Positions 22,080 through 32,565 of a stretch of 64,000 nucleotides of DNA are shown here, in pieces; positions within the stretch are counted from its first letter, which is position 1, and the number at the start of each line of letters is the position of its first letter. The stretch is from an uncultured Candidatus Rokubacteria bacterium (GTDB lineage: Bacteria > Methylomirabilota > Methylomirabilia > Rokubacteriales > CSP1-6): contig CAVWWD010000008.1 of NCBI GenBank assembly GCA_963758635.1, positions 928,001 to 992,000 of the forward strand. Direction: 5' to 3'. The notes beneath the pieces are model-generated. The model was not told the DNA's origin. It ran no database searches and saw only the letters and a list, made by a program, of their open reading frames with translations. The position numbers were made by a program, and so were the translations under genes.

Positions 22080-22183
22080 GCCGTCGGGGCGCCTGCGCGG
22101 AGCCTCCGGCGCCCGACGGTCGGGCGGTCAACCGTTCACTGCCTTGCGCGGCGGCGCGGGCCCGACGGTCGGGCAGTCAACCC
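22080..22183 (-). repeat. Hairpin element upstream of RBS plus partial extra copy
   Basis: Same motif as 19259-19313; core CCCGACGGTCGGG..GTCAACC also at 22161-22183. Confidence 0.6.
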
Positions 22184-22201
22184 GTCCCCTTGGCTTCGCG
22201 G

Positions 22202-22891
22202 TCAGCCCAGCAGCAGGCGCGTCAGCTCCTCGGGCTGGCTCAGCATCGGGTAGTGACCGGTGTCGAGCTCGTGGTACGCGGCGCCCAGGCGCTCGGCGGT
22301 GCGGCGCTGGTGCGTCTCGGGCGGGTTCGCGGCCCGGCGACAGCGCACGACGGTCGCCGGCCACTTCTGGGACCAGAAGCTGTCGAGCGTCACCGGCGCC
22401 TCCAGCGCCGCCACCGGGTGCGGCGTGTAGCGCGCGAGCGCCCAGGCCCGCGTGGCCGGATCGAGGTCCGCGAAGAGCCGCTGCTCGGCGTCCTTCCGCG
22501 AGGGGCCGGTGGTGATGGCCGTCACCTCGTTCGCGGCCGCCCGCTTCACGATGCCGGACACCTGCTCACCCGACATCAGCGCGAGGGCGTCCACGAACGC
22601 GAGCCGCGCGATGCGGTCGCGGGCCTGCTCGGCGGCCCGGCACACCACCATGCCGCCGGAGCTGGTGCCGGCGAGGACCACGCCGGACAGGTCCTCGTAG
22701 AAGAGGAGCCCGGCGATCTCCGCCGCGTGCGTGTCGACGGTGATGCCGGGCCGGACGCTCCCGTGGCGCTCGGCGCAGCCGTCCAGGGTGGGAGCGAACA
22801 CGGTGTGGCCGGCGGCGCGGAGCCGCTCGGCGACGGGCTTCCAGATCCATCCGCCCTGGTAGGCGCCGTGAACGAGCACGTAGGTGGCCAT
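22202..22891 (-). CDS. Alpha/beta hydrolase (methylesterase-like)
   Basis: VLVHGAYQGGW, GTSSGG, GHYPML. Confidence 0.85.
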   Translation of the reverse strand: MATYVLVHGAYQGGWIWKPVAERLRAAGHTVFAPTLDGCAERHGSVRPGITVDTHAAEIAGLLFYEDLSGVVLAGTSSGGMVVCRAAEQARDRIARLAFVDALALMSGEQVSGIVKRAAANEVTAITTGPSRKDAEQRLFADLDPATRAWALARYTPHPVAALEAPVTLDSFWSQKWPATVVRCRRAANPPETHQRRTAERLGAAYHELDTGHYPMLSQPEELTRLLLG

Positions 22892-22908
22892 GGGGTCTCC
22901 GTTGTCAC

Positions 22909-23004
22909 GTTGTGACGGAACGCCGATTTCGACTTCGCCGTGCGGGCCAACACCGCGACTCCGCGTACACGCGCGCGGCCGACTCGCCAGTCATCTCACA
23001 AACT
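22909..23004 (-). repeat. ~95-bp dispersed element, copy 1 (MITE-like)
   Basis: Core GACTTCGCCG..CGCGA(T/C)TC(T/C)GCGTAC shared with 27607, 30103, 52112. Confidence 0.7.
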
Positions 23005-23005
23005 G

Positions 23006-23941
23006 CTACCGCGAGGCGAACCGCGGGAACACCTCGGCGGCGATCTGCTCGAGCTGCCGCTCGGTGTCCTCGTTGTCGCAGATGGGGTTCATGACGAAGT
23101 ACGTGCAGCCGGCGTCCACGAAGCGCTGGAGCTGCTCCGCGCACTGCGCCGCCGTCCCGATGATGCCGTAACGGCCGGCGAGGGGCCCGAAGTCCTGCGC
23201 GTAGCGCTGGCTGAGCAGGCGCACCCAGGTGTCGCGCGCGCGCTCGTGGTCGTCGCCGATGGTGACGAAGGCGAGGTGCGAGTTGACGAAGCCGTCGAGC
23301 GATCGCCCGGTCCGCCCCGCCTCCTCGCGGATCTTCGCCACGGACTGCCCGTAGCGCTGGGCGTCGACCACGTACGACATCCACCCGTCGCCCTGGCGCG
23401 CCGCCCGCGCCAGCGCGGCGTCGGACCGCCCGCCGATCCAGATGGGCGGCCCCGGCTGCTGCACCGGCTTGGGGTCGATGCTCACGCCGTCGAAACTGGT
23501 GAAGCGGCCGTGGAACGACGCCGGCGTGTCGCGCCAGAGCGCGCGCACGACGTCGATGCCCTCGGTCACGCGCGCCCCGCGCTCCTTGTGCGGAACGCCG
23601 CAGACCTCGAACTCCTTGCGGTTCTCGCCGCCCACGCCCACGCCGAAGATGAGGCGGCCGCCGGACAGCGCGTCGAGGGTGGACGTGGCCTTGGCCGCGA
23701 TGGCGGGCGCGCGCAGCGCGAGCAGGTACACGCCGGTGCCGAGGCGGATGCGCGTGGTGATGCTGGCGTAGCTCGCGAGGAGCGTCAGCGACTCGAAGAT
23801 CGGGTTGTGGAAGGAGACGTGGTCGCCGGACCAGATCGACTCGAAGCCCAGCTCCTCGATGCGGCGGACGAGACGGAACTGCTCCTGCGGCGGACGCGGA
23901 GACGGCGACGACGGCGAGGCGCCGAAGTGGATCGCGGGCAC
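23006..23941 (-). CDS. LLM-class oxidoreductase
   Basis: WSGDH, RIRLGTGV, LDALSGGRLIFGVGVG, PKPVQQPGPPIWIGG. Confidence 0.9.
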   Translation of the reverse strand: MPAIHFGASPSSPSPRPPQEQFRLVRRIEELGFESIWSGDHVSFHNPIFESLTLLASYASITTRIRLGTGVYLLALRAPAIAAKATSTLDALSGGRLIFGVGVGGENRKEFEVCGVPHKERGARVTEGIDVVRALWRDTPASFHGRFTSFDGVSIDPKPVQQPGPPIWIGGRSDAALARAARQGDGWMSYVVDAQRYGQSVAKIREEAGRTGRSLDGFVNSHLAFVTIGDDHERARDTWVRLLSQRYAQDFGPLAGRYGIIGTAAQCAEQLQRFVDAGCTYFVMNPICDNEDTERQLEQIAAEVFPRFASR

Positions 23942-23988
23942 GGGCGGCAGGGTATCACGAGGGCGACGTGCTAGACTAGCCGCTCGAC

Positions 23989-24936
23989 ATGACCAACATC
24001 ACGAAGATCACGCCCGAGATTCGCCAGCTCGCGTCCGGTCTGCGGTTTCCCGAAGGGCCCGTGGCGATGCCCGACGGCTCCGTCGTGCTCGTGGAGATCG
24101 AGCGGCGCACGCTGTCGCGCGTCGGCGCCGACGGGAAGGTGAGCGTGGTCGCCACGCTGGGCGGCGGCCCCAACGGCGCGGCGATGGGACCGGGCGGCAA
24201 GATCTACGTCGCCAACAACGGCGGACTGAAGTTCCTGGAGCGGCCGGGTCGTCTCTTCCCGGTGGCCCAGTCCGACGACTACGTCCGCGGCTCGATCCAG
24301 GTGGTGGACCCCGACACGGGGAAGCTCGACACGCTCTACGACGCGTGCGAGGGGCGGCCGCTGCACGGGCCCAACGACCTGGTGTTCGACAGCGCGGGCG
24401 GCTTCTGGTTCACCGACCTCGGCAAGACGCGCGACCGCGACGCTGACCGTGGCGCCGTCTGCTACGCGAAGGCCGACGGCTCGGCCATCCGCGAGGCGAT
24501 CTTCCCGCTCGAGCGCCCGAACGGCATCGGGCTGTCTCCGGACGAGCGCACCCTCTACGTGGTCGAGACGCCCACCGCGCGGTGCTGGGCGTTTCGCCTG
24601 TCCGGGCCGGGCGAGATCGAGTCGGCCAACGGACCGTACCGCGGCGAGAAGGGCACGGTGGTCGCGGGCCTCGGCGGCTACCAGATGTTCGACTCGCTGG
24701 CCGTCGACAGCGAGGGCCACGTGTGCGTGGCCACGCTGATCACCGGCGCGGTGAGCGACATCTGGCCGGACGGCAGCCGCGTGGACCAGTACATGCTGCC
24801 CGACATGATGGTGACCAACGTCTGCTTCGGCGGGGTCGAGCTGCGCACCGCCTTCGCCACGCTGTCGATGGGCGGCACGCTCGTGTCCTTCGAGTGGCCG
24901 CGCCCGGGCCTGGCCCTCAACCACCTGAACAAGTAG
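23989..24936 (+). CDS. SMP-30/gluconolactonase family protein
   Basis: FPEGP, GPNG, PNDLVFD, PNGIGLSPD, TNVCFGG. Confidence 0.9.
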   Translation: MTNITKITPEIRQLASGLRFPEGPVAMPDGSVVLVEIERRTLSRVGADGKVSVVATLGGGPNGAAMGPGGKIYVANNGGLKFLERPGRLFPVAQSDDYVRGSIQVVDPDTGKLDTLYDACEGRPLHGPNDLVFDSAGGFWFTDLGKTRDRDADRGAVCYAKADGSAIREAIFPLERPNGIGLSPDERTLYVVETPTARCWAFRLSGPGEIESANGPYRGEKGTVVAGLGGYQMFDSLAVDSEGHVCVATLITGAVSDIWPDGSRVDQYMLPDMMVTNVCFGGVELRTAFATLSMGGTLVSFEWPRPGLALNHLNK

Positions 24937-24943
24937 AGGACCC

Positions 24944-26246
24944 ATGGCGCAACCGGGACCGCTACGGGCTGCCGCTTTCCACGGCGTCGGCCGTGGCGGC
25001 CGAGCGGTACCAGGAGGGCATGGATCGCCTCCTCGCCTACGGCCCGGAGGCGGACGAGCGGTTCGCCGCGGCCGCGACCGCCGATCCCGACTTCGCGCTG
25101 GCCCACGCCGGCGTGGCGCTCTGCGCCTTCGTCCGCGGGGACGGGCCCACGGCGCGCGCCGCGCTAGAACAGGCGCGCGAGCGCGTCGGCGGCTGGCGAC
25201 CGCCGCGAGCGCCAGCACGTGGCAGGCGCTGGGCGCGCTGCTCGGCGGCGAGACGGCGCGCGGGCTCGGCCTGGTGGACGAGCACCTGAAGGAGTTCCCG
25301 CGGGACGCCCTGCTGGTGAACCAGGCGAGCAGCAGCATCGGCTTCGCGGGCGGCGCGGATCGCGAGGAGCACCGTCGCGCGTTCGTCGAGCGGCTGGCGC
25401 CCGCGCTACGGGGACGACTGGTGGTATCAGTCCGCGCTCGCGTTCACGTACCACGAGGTGGGACGGCTCGAGGAGTCGCGCGTCCTGTCCGAGCGCTCGC
25501 TGGCCCAGCATCCGGGCAACGCCAACGCCAGCCACAACATCGCCCACGTGATGTTCGAGACGGCCAGCCACGACGAGGGCGCGGCGTTCCTGTCCGACTG
25601 GCTCCGCGACTACGACCGGCGGGCGTCCTTCCACTGCCACCTCGTCTGGCACCTGGCGCTCTTCGAGCTCCAGCGCGGAGACTCGGCGCGCTCGCTCCAG
25701 ATCTTCGACCGGGACATGGTGGGCTCGTCGAATGCCCGCCTCACCGTGATCGACGGCGCCGCGCTCCTGTGGCGGTTCGTCCTGTACGGGTGTCCGGAGA
25801 CGCCGCTGCCGTGGCGCCCGCTCGCCGAGCTGGCGCCGAGCATCGCGCGGCCCGGCTTCGTGTTCGGCGACATCCACGTGGCCCTCGTCTACGCGGCCAC
25901 CGGCGACCACGCCGCGCTCGCCAAGCTGATCGCGGGGCTGGAGGCCCTCCACGCCAAGGGCCATCCGGTGGCGGGCACGGTGGCGCTGCCCATGGTGAAG
26001 GGCGCGGCGGCGTTCGCCGCCGGCGACTACACCGGCACGCTCGACCACCTCGTGCCGGTCGCCCCGGAGATGCACCGGGTCGGCGGGAGCCACGCGCAGT
26101 GGGAGCTGTTCGAGGAGACGATCGTCGCCGCCTACCTGCGGCTCGGGAGGACCGAGGACGCGCTCCGCCTCCTGCGGCGGCGCCTCGAGCATCGGTCCGC
26201 GCCGCGCGACCTCGCCTGGCTCGCCCAGGCCGAAGCCGCGCGCTGA
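24944..26246 (+). CDS. TPR protein, TTC38-like (several frameshifts)
   Basis: DRYGLPLST, DPDFALAH, HNIAHV, CHLVWHLAL, GGSHAQ. Confidence 0.75.
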
Positions 26247-26275
26247 CCCCGCGCCACCCCGGCGAGGCGCCCGCC

Positions 26276-26743
26276 GTGGCCGATCCGCTCCGCGACCTCC
26301 TCGACCGGGCCGAGCTCGAGGAGCTGATGAACCGCTACGCGTCGAGCATCGACGGGCGCGATTGGCCGCGGCTCCGCACGGTGTTCCTGGACGAGATCGA
26401 GGCGGACTTCACGAGCATGGGCGTGAAGCAGCCGTTCCGGGGCACGGCCGACGAGTGGGTCGAGCGCGTACGGCAGACCATCACCGGCTTCGACGCCACC
26501 CAGCACTTCTTCGCCAACCACTCGGCCGAGATCGACGCCGATCGTGCCATCGACACCCGCTACATGCAGGCGCGCCACGACCTCGGCGACAGCCACTACA
26601 CGATCGGCGGCTACTACACCGGACACATGACGCGGACCCCGGCGGGCTGGCGCATCGCCCGCTACACGCTCACCGTGGCTTTCCACGACGGGGACCGCCG
26701 GCTCATGGGCATCGCCTACCGGAAGGCGACCGGCCGCGCCTGA
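26276..26743 (+). CDS. NTF2/SnoaL-like domain protein
   Basis: LDRAELEELMNRYASSIDGRDW, TQHFFAN, GGYY, GWRI. Confidence 0.82.
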   Translation: MADPLRDLLDRAELEELMNRYASSIDGRDWPRLRTVFLDEIEADFTSMGVKQPFRGTADEWVERVRQTITGFDATQHFFANHSAEIDADRAIDTRYMQARHDLGDSHYTIGGYYTGHMTRTPAGWRIARYTLTVAFHDGDRRLMGIAYRKATGRA

Positions 26744-26777
26744 CTTGCTCGCGCCGCCAGACGCCGCCCGGCGCCGG

Positions 26778-27552
26778 CTAGCGGCCCTTTGAACTTCGGC
26801 TCGCGCTTCTCGAGGAAGGCGCGGATCGCCTCCGCGGTGTCCTCGGTGCCGGAGTTCACGGTCTGGGCCATGCCCTCGGCCTCGAGCGCCTCGTCGAGGC
26901 TCATCGAGAACGCGTTGGTGAGCAGGCGCTTGGTCATGGCCAGGGCGAGCGGCGGGCCGGCGGCGAGGCGACCGGCCCAGTCGGCGACGAAGGCGTCCAG
27001 CTCGCCGGCCGGTACCACGCGGTTCACGAGGCCCATCTCCGCCGCCTCCTTGGCGGAGATGATGTCGGCGAGCAGCGCCAGCTCCTTCGCCCGGTGCATG
27101 CCGACCAGCCGCGGCAGGAGCCAGGAGCCGCCGAAGTCGATGCTGAGCCCGCGACGCGCGAAGATCTCCGAGAAGCGCGCGGTCTCCGAGGCCACGATCA
27201 GGTCGCAGCCGAGCGCCATGTTCATGCCCGCGCCCACGGCCACGCCGTTCACCTTGGCGATCGTCGGCTTCGGGATGCGATGCAGGGCGAGCGCGATGTC
27301 GGCCACCCAGTGCAGGCGGGTGAGGGTATGACGGGTGTCGCTGCCGCGGTCGCCGAGGTCGGCGCCCGAGCAGAAGGCGTCGCCGGCGCCGGTGATCACG
27401 AGGACCCGGTCGGTCGGGGTGGCGTCCACCTCGCGGAACACCGCGAGCAGCTCGTCGAACATCATCCGGTTCATCGCGTTCTTCTTCTCGGGGCGGTTGA
27501 GCGTCAGCGTCACCACCCCGTTGGGCGCGCGGTCCAGGCGAACGGTCTCCAT
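26778..27552 (-). CDS. Enoyl-CoA hydratase/isomerase family protein
   Basis: LNRPEKKNA, AFCSGADL, KPTIAKVNGVAVGAG, AFLEKREPKF. Confidence 0.9.
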
Positions 27553-27606
27553 GTCAGTCCTCCTCGGCCGCGTATGCTAGCATGCCGACGGCAGTGACAT
27601 CAGCGC

Positions 27607-27700
27607 AGAGGGTGCGGGGGAATGGCGAGGGCCCGCGTGTGTACGCAGAATCGCGGTGGCGCCCCGCGTGGCGGAGTCAACAACCGCATTGCTTCACAAC
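27607..27700 (+). repeat. ~95-bp dispersed element, copy 2
   Basis: GAATGGCGAG..GTACGCAGAATCGCGG..GGCGGAGTC..TCACAAC. Confidence 0.7.
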
Positions 27701-27718
27701 CCGAACGGGAGGATCGCG

Positions 27719-28060
27719 ATGCCAACGTTCCGGCTCTACACGGGGAGCGACGGTCAGTCGCACGTCGAGCCCATCGACCTCGCGAAGACAGCGGACTGGA
27801 CGAAGGGCCTGGCCACCACGCAGATCGCGTTCCGCGAGGATGCCGTGGGGCGTTTCATCGACTGGCACCCGGCGCCGCGCCGGCAGTTCGTCATCATCCT
27901 GTCCGGGCAGCTCGACATCGGCCTCGGCGACGGCTCCCACCACATCTTCGGCCCGGGCGACGCGCGCCTGGTCGAGGACACGACGGGCAAGGGCCACACC
28001 ACGCGCGTGCACGGCAACCAGCCGTGCGTGACCGCCACGATTCCGCTCGCCCAGCAGTGA
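27719..28060 (+). CDS. Small cupin-like protein (paralogue of 21703-22053)
   Basis: GQSH, DWHPAPRRQ, EDTTGKGH; GGAGG RBS. Confidence 0.75.
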   Translation: MPTFRLYTGSDGQSHVEPIDLAKTADWTKGLATTQIAFREDAVGRFIDWHPAPRRQFVIILSGQLDIGLGDGSHHIFGPGDARLVEDTTGKGHTTRVHGNQPCVTATIPLAQQ

Positions 28061-28110
28061 CCGGGCGACCGCCGAGCGCCCCCGGAAGGAGTTCCTGAAA
28101 GGAGCCCACG

Positions 28111-29076
28111 ATGCCGAAGATCCTGTTCGCGCCCACGCAAGCCGCACCCGTCCTCGACCTCGCGAAGCCCATGGTCCCGCCCGGGTTCGAGCTGGTGGTG
28201 GCCAACATCGGCACCCCGGAGTTCTACAAGGCCGCCGCCGACGCCGAGTACTACCTGGGCCTCGCCCGCCAGATGGGCGGCGAGTTCTTCCGCTCCGCGC
28301 CGAACCTGAAGCTGGTGCAGCTCCTGAGCGCGGGCTACGACCACGTGGACGTCGAGGCGGCGCGCAAGGCCGGCGTGCCCGTGTGCAACAACGGCGGCGC
28401 CAACGCCATCGCGGTGGCCGAGCACACGCTCCTGCTCACCCTCGCCGTGCTGAAGCGGCTCGTGAAGTTCCACAACGACGTGGTCGCCGGGCAGTGGCGG
28501 AAGACCGAGCCGGGCGAGCAGCGGGTGCACGAGCTGGCAGGGCGCACGGTGGGGATCATCGGCCTCGGCAACATCGGCAAGAAGGTGGCGCGGCGCATGG
28601 CCGCCTTCGACGCGGACGTCCAGTACTACGACATCCACCGCCTGACCGAGGACCAGGAGGACGCCCTCGGCGTGCGCTTCGTGCTGCTGCCCGAGCTGCT
28701 GCGGACCTCCGACGTCGTGAGCCTGCACGTGCCGCTGGACGACTCGACGCGCAAGATGATCGGCGCCGACCAGCTCGCGCTCATGCCGCCGACGGCGATC
28801 CTCGTGAACACGTGCCGCGGTCCGGTCGTGGACGAGGACGCGCTCCACGCCGCGCTCCGCGACAAGCGCATCCTGGCCGCGGGCCTCGACGTGATGGTGG
28901 AGGAGCCGCCGAAGCCGAACCACCCGCTGTTCAGCCTGCCCAACGTGACGCTCACGCCGCACAGCGCGGGGCCGACGTGGGAGAACTGGACGGCGCGGTT
29001 CCGGAACGGGTTCGACAACATCCAGCGCGTGGCGGCGGGCCGCCCGCCGAAGTGGGTCATCCCCGAGCTGACCTGA
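28111..29076 (+). CDS. D-2-hydroxyacid dehydrogenase
   Basis: GIIGLGNIG, SLHVPL, VNTCRG, LDV..EP, TPH. Confidence 0.9.
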   Translation: MPKILFAPTQAAPVLDLAKPMVPPGFELVVANIGTPEFYKAAADAEYYLGLARQMGGEFFRSAPNLKLVQLLSAGYDHVDVEAARKAGVPVCNNGGANAIAVAEHTLLLTLAVLKRLVKFHNDVVAGQWRKTEPGEQRVHELAGRTVGIIGLGNIGKKVARRMAAFDADVQYYDIHRLTEDQEDALGVRFVLLPELLRTSDVVSLHVPLDDSTRKMIGADQLALMPPTAILVNTCRGPVVDEDALHAALRDKRILAAGLDVMVEEPPKPNHPLFSLPNVTLTPHSAGPTWENWTARFRNGFDNIQRVAAGRPPKWVIPELT

Positions 29077-29098
29077 TCGCGGTGCACGGGGACCTCGG

Positions 29099-29137
29099 CG
29101 CCGGGTGCGGGCGGGCGAAGCCCGGGCGCCCGCACCT
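29099..29137. repeat. 39-bp REP-like element, exact inverted copy at 63813-63851
   Basis: CGCCGGGTGCGGGCGGGCGAAGCCCGGGCGCCCGCACCT; both copies between convergent genes. Confidence 0.75.
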
Positions 29138-29142
29138 GGTAA

Positions 29143-30084
29143 CTAGCGGCCCAGCAGCCAGTCGCCCAGGGCGTCCCGCGCCTCCGGGCTGAGGCCCGCG
29201 CTGCCGGCCATGCGCGCCGCCTCGTCGCGGGAGGTCCCGCCGGGGTCGGGCGGGGGGACGTGGGGGGCGCGGGTGGCCGGGTCGAACACCCAGGCCCACA
29301 GGCGCTGGAAGACCACGTCGGCGCTGGCCGCTTGCCCCTCCTGGCCCAGACGCGCGATCAGCCGTACCATGCCGCCGGCCAGATCACGCAGGGGATGGGT
29401 CTGCGCGGGGTCGGGCGCGCCCATGTAGTGGGCGACGACGTTCCGGCGCTCCATGGCGGGCGCCGCGTCGTTGCCGAGGTACCCGCCCATCGCGCGCATC
29501 ACTTCCGGATCGCGGAAGATGCCGCGGTCCTGCTGCACGGCGAGCCGGAAGAAGACGATGCCCGGCGGAGGGGCCTGCGCGATCATGGCGGCCACCCGCG
29601 GCGCCTCCACGCGCAGGTCGGGGCCGAGCGTGGCGGCGAAGCGCCGCACACCCTGCCAGATCTCCGCCGACCGCGGCCCGCCGCCCAGGAACTCGATCTG
29701 GTCCGCCGGCCCCGCGCGGTTCGCGTCCAGCGCCAGCACGAGCTCCTCGCCGACCCGCGTTGGCAGCCAGTCCTGGAGCCCGAGCGCGCCGGCCTCCCGT
29801 CCCTCGCCGCGCGCGCCCGTGATCACGAACGAGCGCGGTTCACCGGGGGAAGGATCTCCCGCGCCTCGAGGGTGACCTGGTAGGGGACGACGAAGATGCC
29901 GGGCACGTGCGACTCGCGGCGCGCCGGCGTCTGGACGACGGAGGTGGCCACGAACCATCCGACGTGGGGACGGCCGGCGAAGATCGGCCGCGATCCGAGG
30001 GCCGGACGTCGCCGGTCCGGGCTCAGCGTGATCCGTCATCGCCAGCACTCCTGTGAGGACGACCAGAGCCACGGCCGCGCGCAT
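29143..30084 (-). CDS. Hypothetical exported protein (probable frameshifts near N-terminus)
   Basis: GAGGAG RBS, N-terminal MRAAVALVVLTGVLA signal-like segment, no recognised family. Confidence 0.6.
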   Translation of the reverse strand: MRAAVALVVLTGVLAMTDHAEPGPATSGPRIAADLRRPSPRRMVRGHLRRPDAGAPRVARARHLRRPLPGHPRGAGDPSPGEPRSFVITGARGEGREAGALGLQDWLPTRVGEELVLALDANRAGPADQIEFLGGGPRSAEIWQGVRRFAATLGPDLRVEAPRVAAMIAQAPPPGIVFFRLAVQQDRGIFRDPEVMRAMGGYLGNDAAPAMERRNVVAHYMGAPDPAQTHPLRDLAGGMVRLIARLGQEGQAASADVVFQRLWAWVFDPATRAPHVPPPDPGGTSRDEAARMAGSAGLSPEARDALGDWLLGR

Positions 30085-30102
30085 GCTCGCTCCTCGTCAC
30101 CG

Positions 30103-30200
30103 GAGCTGCGAAGAAATGCGGGTGTCGACTTCGCCGAGCGGGCAAGCATCGCGATTCTGCGTACACACGCTGAGCCGTCTCGCCATTCCTTCAGAAACTC
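30103..30200 (-). repeat. ~95-bp dispersed element, copy 3
   Basis: GACTTCGCCGAGCGGG..CGCGATTCTGCGTACAC..CTCGCCATTC. Confidence 0.7.
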
Positions 30201-32523
30201 ACTGCGCATCGATGCCCCGCGAGGAGCGTGGTGGCGGCCGGACCTCCATGGCCTGGATCACCGGTGTCGTTCCCGGGCTGTGGTCGACGTTGGTCGCCGT
30301 GATGGTCCCGGCGGCGCCGGTCGACTGCAGCACGAAGTTCGGCCCGACCCGCGCCACGTTGAACGTCGCGCTGACCGTCCACTGCGTCTCCGCGATGACC
30401 GTGAAGGTGCGGAAGCCCACCGAGTTCGCACGGTGGGCGTGGGCGGCGCGCCGCCCGTGGTGTTGGTCCAGGCCACCACGAAGGTCGTGGAGCTCCAGGT
30501 CGTGGACGAACGACTGGAGCTGCGTGGCCCGGCCGGGTCCGGATGGTTCCGGTCGTGGAACCAGCCGGGGCTGTCCCGGGCGATGAGCGTGCGCTTGACA
30601 CCGATGGCCTGGCGGCAGGGTGGCCGTGACCTGGGAGCGGGAGAACGTGATGTTCTCCCCGCCGAGGTCGGGATTCGTCCGCCCCGTGTCGAGCAGCGAC
30701 GGCGGAAACGCGATGAGGTTCGGGGCGGCGTCGGTCGCCACGAAGACCGGGATGCCCTGGACCACGGGCCCGGTGGCCGCGCCGAGGTTGTCGACCTGGC
30801 GCCGCCGGGCCACCGAGCCGTCGGCGTAGGTGCCCGCGTAGTTGAACTGCGTGAAGTTGTTGGCCCAGCCGAGTGAACACCCGGTCGACCCCGCGCAGGC
30901 CGTCGGCGCCGCCCCCCACGAGGAGCACGTCGGCATCGAGGGCCACGCCCGCCGTGGCCTGGGAGGCGAAGTCCCCGTGCCGATGCTGACGAAGTTGAAG
31001 TTGGGCTGGCTCTGGCCCCCGGTGTCGAACGTGATGCTGAGGTTGCCCGGGTTGGCCACGCTGCGCAGCTCGGTGGCCGCGTTGGCGATGCTGCCCTCCA
31101 CCATGGCCACGGGCAGGATGATGCCGGGCTCGTCGTCGTCGCGCGTGGTGTTGCCGTTGAGGTCCACGAAGGCGAGCACGAAGAACGACCCGCGATCGTT
31201 GGGCATGAGCGTCGCGGTGTTCGGGCCCGTGGCGGCGAGGAGCGGGATGCCCGTGCCCACCGCCTGCGCGTCGTCGGTGGCGCGCTTGATCTCCCACGCG
31301 ATCTGCGCGCCCGGGGGGACCGTCTCGGCCTCGAGCCGGATCGGCCCTTCGCCGTTGCGCATCACGACGAGCGCGCTCGGCATCGCGAAGTCGGCCGGGG
31401 CGAAGGCCAGCGGGCCGACGGGTAGCGCCTTGGCGGACTCGAAGGTCAGGTCCACGGGGTTCGGCCAGGCGTTGGCCACCGCGGCCGGGGCGGCGCGCAG
31501 CGTGTTGGGCGGCGTGGACGGCAGCGTGGCCTTGATCTTCACGATCTGGGCCACCGGCGGCGTCGGCTTCTCGCACGGCGAGCCGGTGGTGAGCCGGTGA
31601 TAGAAGCGGCAGGCGAAGGTGTCCTGGGTGGCCTCGAAGGTGCGCGGCTCCGCGGGCAGGCGCGGGTGCGCCGCTGCTCGCCGTCGGACCAGAAGCGCTT
31701 GAGGCAGCCCGCCACGCCTTCCCGCGCGCGCGGACACGGCCAGCGGGCCGGCTCGACCTTGGTGCCCCGGCGGAAGAGGAGCACCATCACCCGGCGGTTC
31801 GGCGCGTTCTCGGCGTTCCGCTCGGTCTTGTCCGCGGCGGCGTCGAAGCGCTGCTGGTCCTGCTGCGAGAAGAGCAGGAGCGGGTTGAACTCGCTGCACC
31901 CCTGGAAGTCGCCCTTGCCGCCGCTGTCGGCGCCCCGGGCGAGGAAGTCCGTCTTCTGGAGCTTCAGCTCGGGGCCGCACAGCTTGTCCATGTAGCGAGA
32001 GGTACAGGGCGCTGCGCTGCCCGGCGTTGCCCTGCGGGCCGGACACGTCGGGCGCGCCGCCTCCGGGAGGCGGGCCGTTCACCTCGGTGTGCATGGTGCG
32101 GAGCGCCGGGGTGCCCCACACGTCGCCGGAGTCCGGCTTGGAGAAGAGCTCCTCCCACATCGCGGTGTCGCGGATGAGCATGCCGTAGATGGCCATGGCG
32201 CGCCGTCCGCTGAGCCGCTTGTTGAGGTCGTCGGAGCCGACGGGGTCGGCGTGGCCGAACACGGACAGCGGGGCTCCCGGGTGCTCCTTGATGAGCTGGG
32301 CGAGGTGGCCCAGCTCGGCCTTCACCGCGGGCGTGACGAACGACGAGCCGAACGCGAAGCGGATGTCGTCCACGCGCCAGCACGCGACGGGGATGATGCC
32401 GGCGACGATCGTGTTGAACTCGTCGGCGGTGGCCGGCCCCACGAGGGCGGGCGGCACGTCGATGACGACGTGGCGCCCGGCCACGCCGCCCGCCATGGGC
32501 CGCGTCGCGGGAGGATCAGCCAT
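30199..32523 (-). CDS. OmpA-like domain protein with long uncharacterised C-terminal region (several frameshifts)
   Basis: RFAFGSS, VFGHADPVGSDDLNKRLSGRRA, NRRV; beta-rich C-terminal half. Confidence 0.7.
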   Translation of the reverse strand: MADPPATRPMAGGVAGRHVVIDVPPALVGPATADEFNTIVAGIIPVACWRVDDIRFAFGSSFVTPAVKAELGHLAQLIKEHPGAPLSVFGHADPVGSDDLNKRLSGRRAMAIYGMLIRDTAMWEELFSKPDSGDVWGTPALRTMHTEVNGPPPGGGAPDVSGPQGNAGQRSALYLSLHGQAVRPRAEAPEDGLPRPGRRQRRQGRLPGVQRVQPAPALLAAGPAALRRRRGQDRAERRERAEPPGDGAPLPPGHQGRAGPLAVSARAGRRGGLPQALLVRRRAAAHPRLPAEPRTFEATQDTFACRFYHRLTTGSPCEKPTPPVAQIVKIKATLPSTPPNTLRAAPAAVANAWPNPVDLTFESAKALPVGPLAFAPADFAMPSALVVMRNGEGPIRLEAETVPPGAQIAWEIKRATDDAQAVGTGIPLLAATGPNTATLMPNDRGSFFVLAFVDLNGNTTRDDDEPGIILPVAMVEGSIANAATELRSVANPGNLSITFDTGGQSQPNFNFVSIGTGTSPPRPRRAWPSMPTCSSWGAAPTACAGSTGCSLGWANNFTQFNYAGTYADGSVARRRQVDNLGAATGPVVQGIPVFVATDAAPNLIAFPPSLLDTGRTNPDLGGENITFSRSQVTATLPPGHRCQAHAHRPGQPRLVPRPEPSGPGRATQLQSFVHDLELHDLRGGLDQHHGRRAAHAHRANSVGFRTFTVIAETQWTVSATFNVARVGPNFVLQSTGAAGTITATNVDHSPGTTPVIQAMEVRPPPRSSRGIDAQ

Positions 32524-32565
32524 GGGTGGGCGCCGGGGCCGGCCCCGCCGCCGAGGCGCCGAGGA

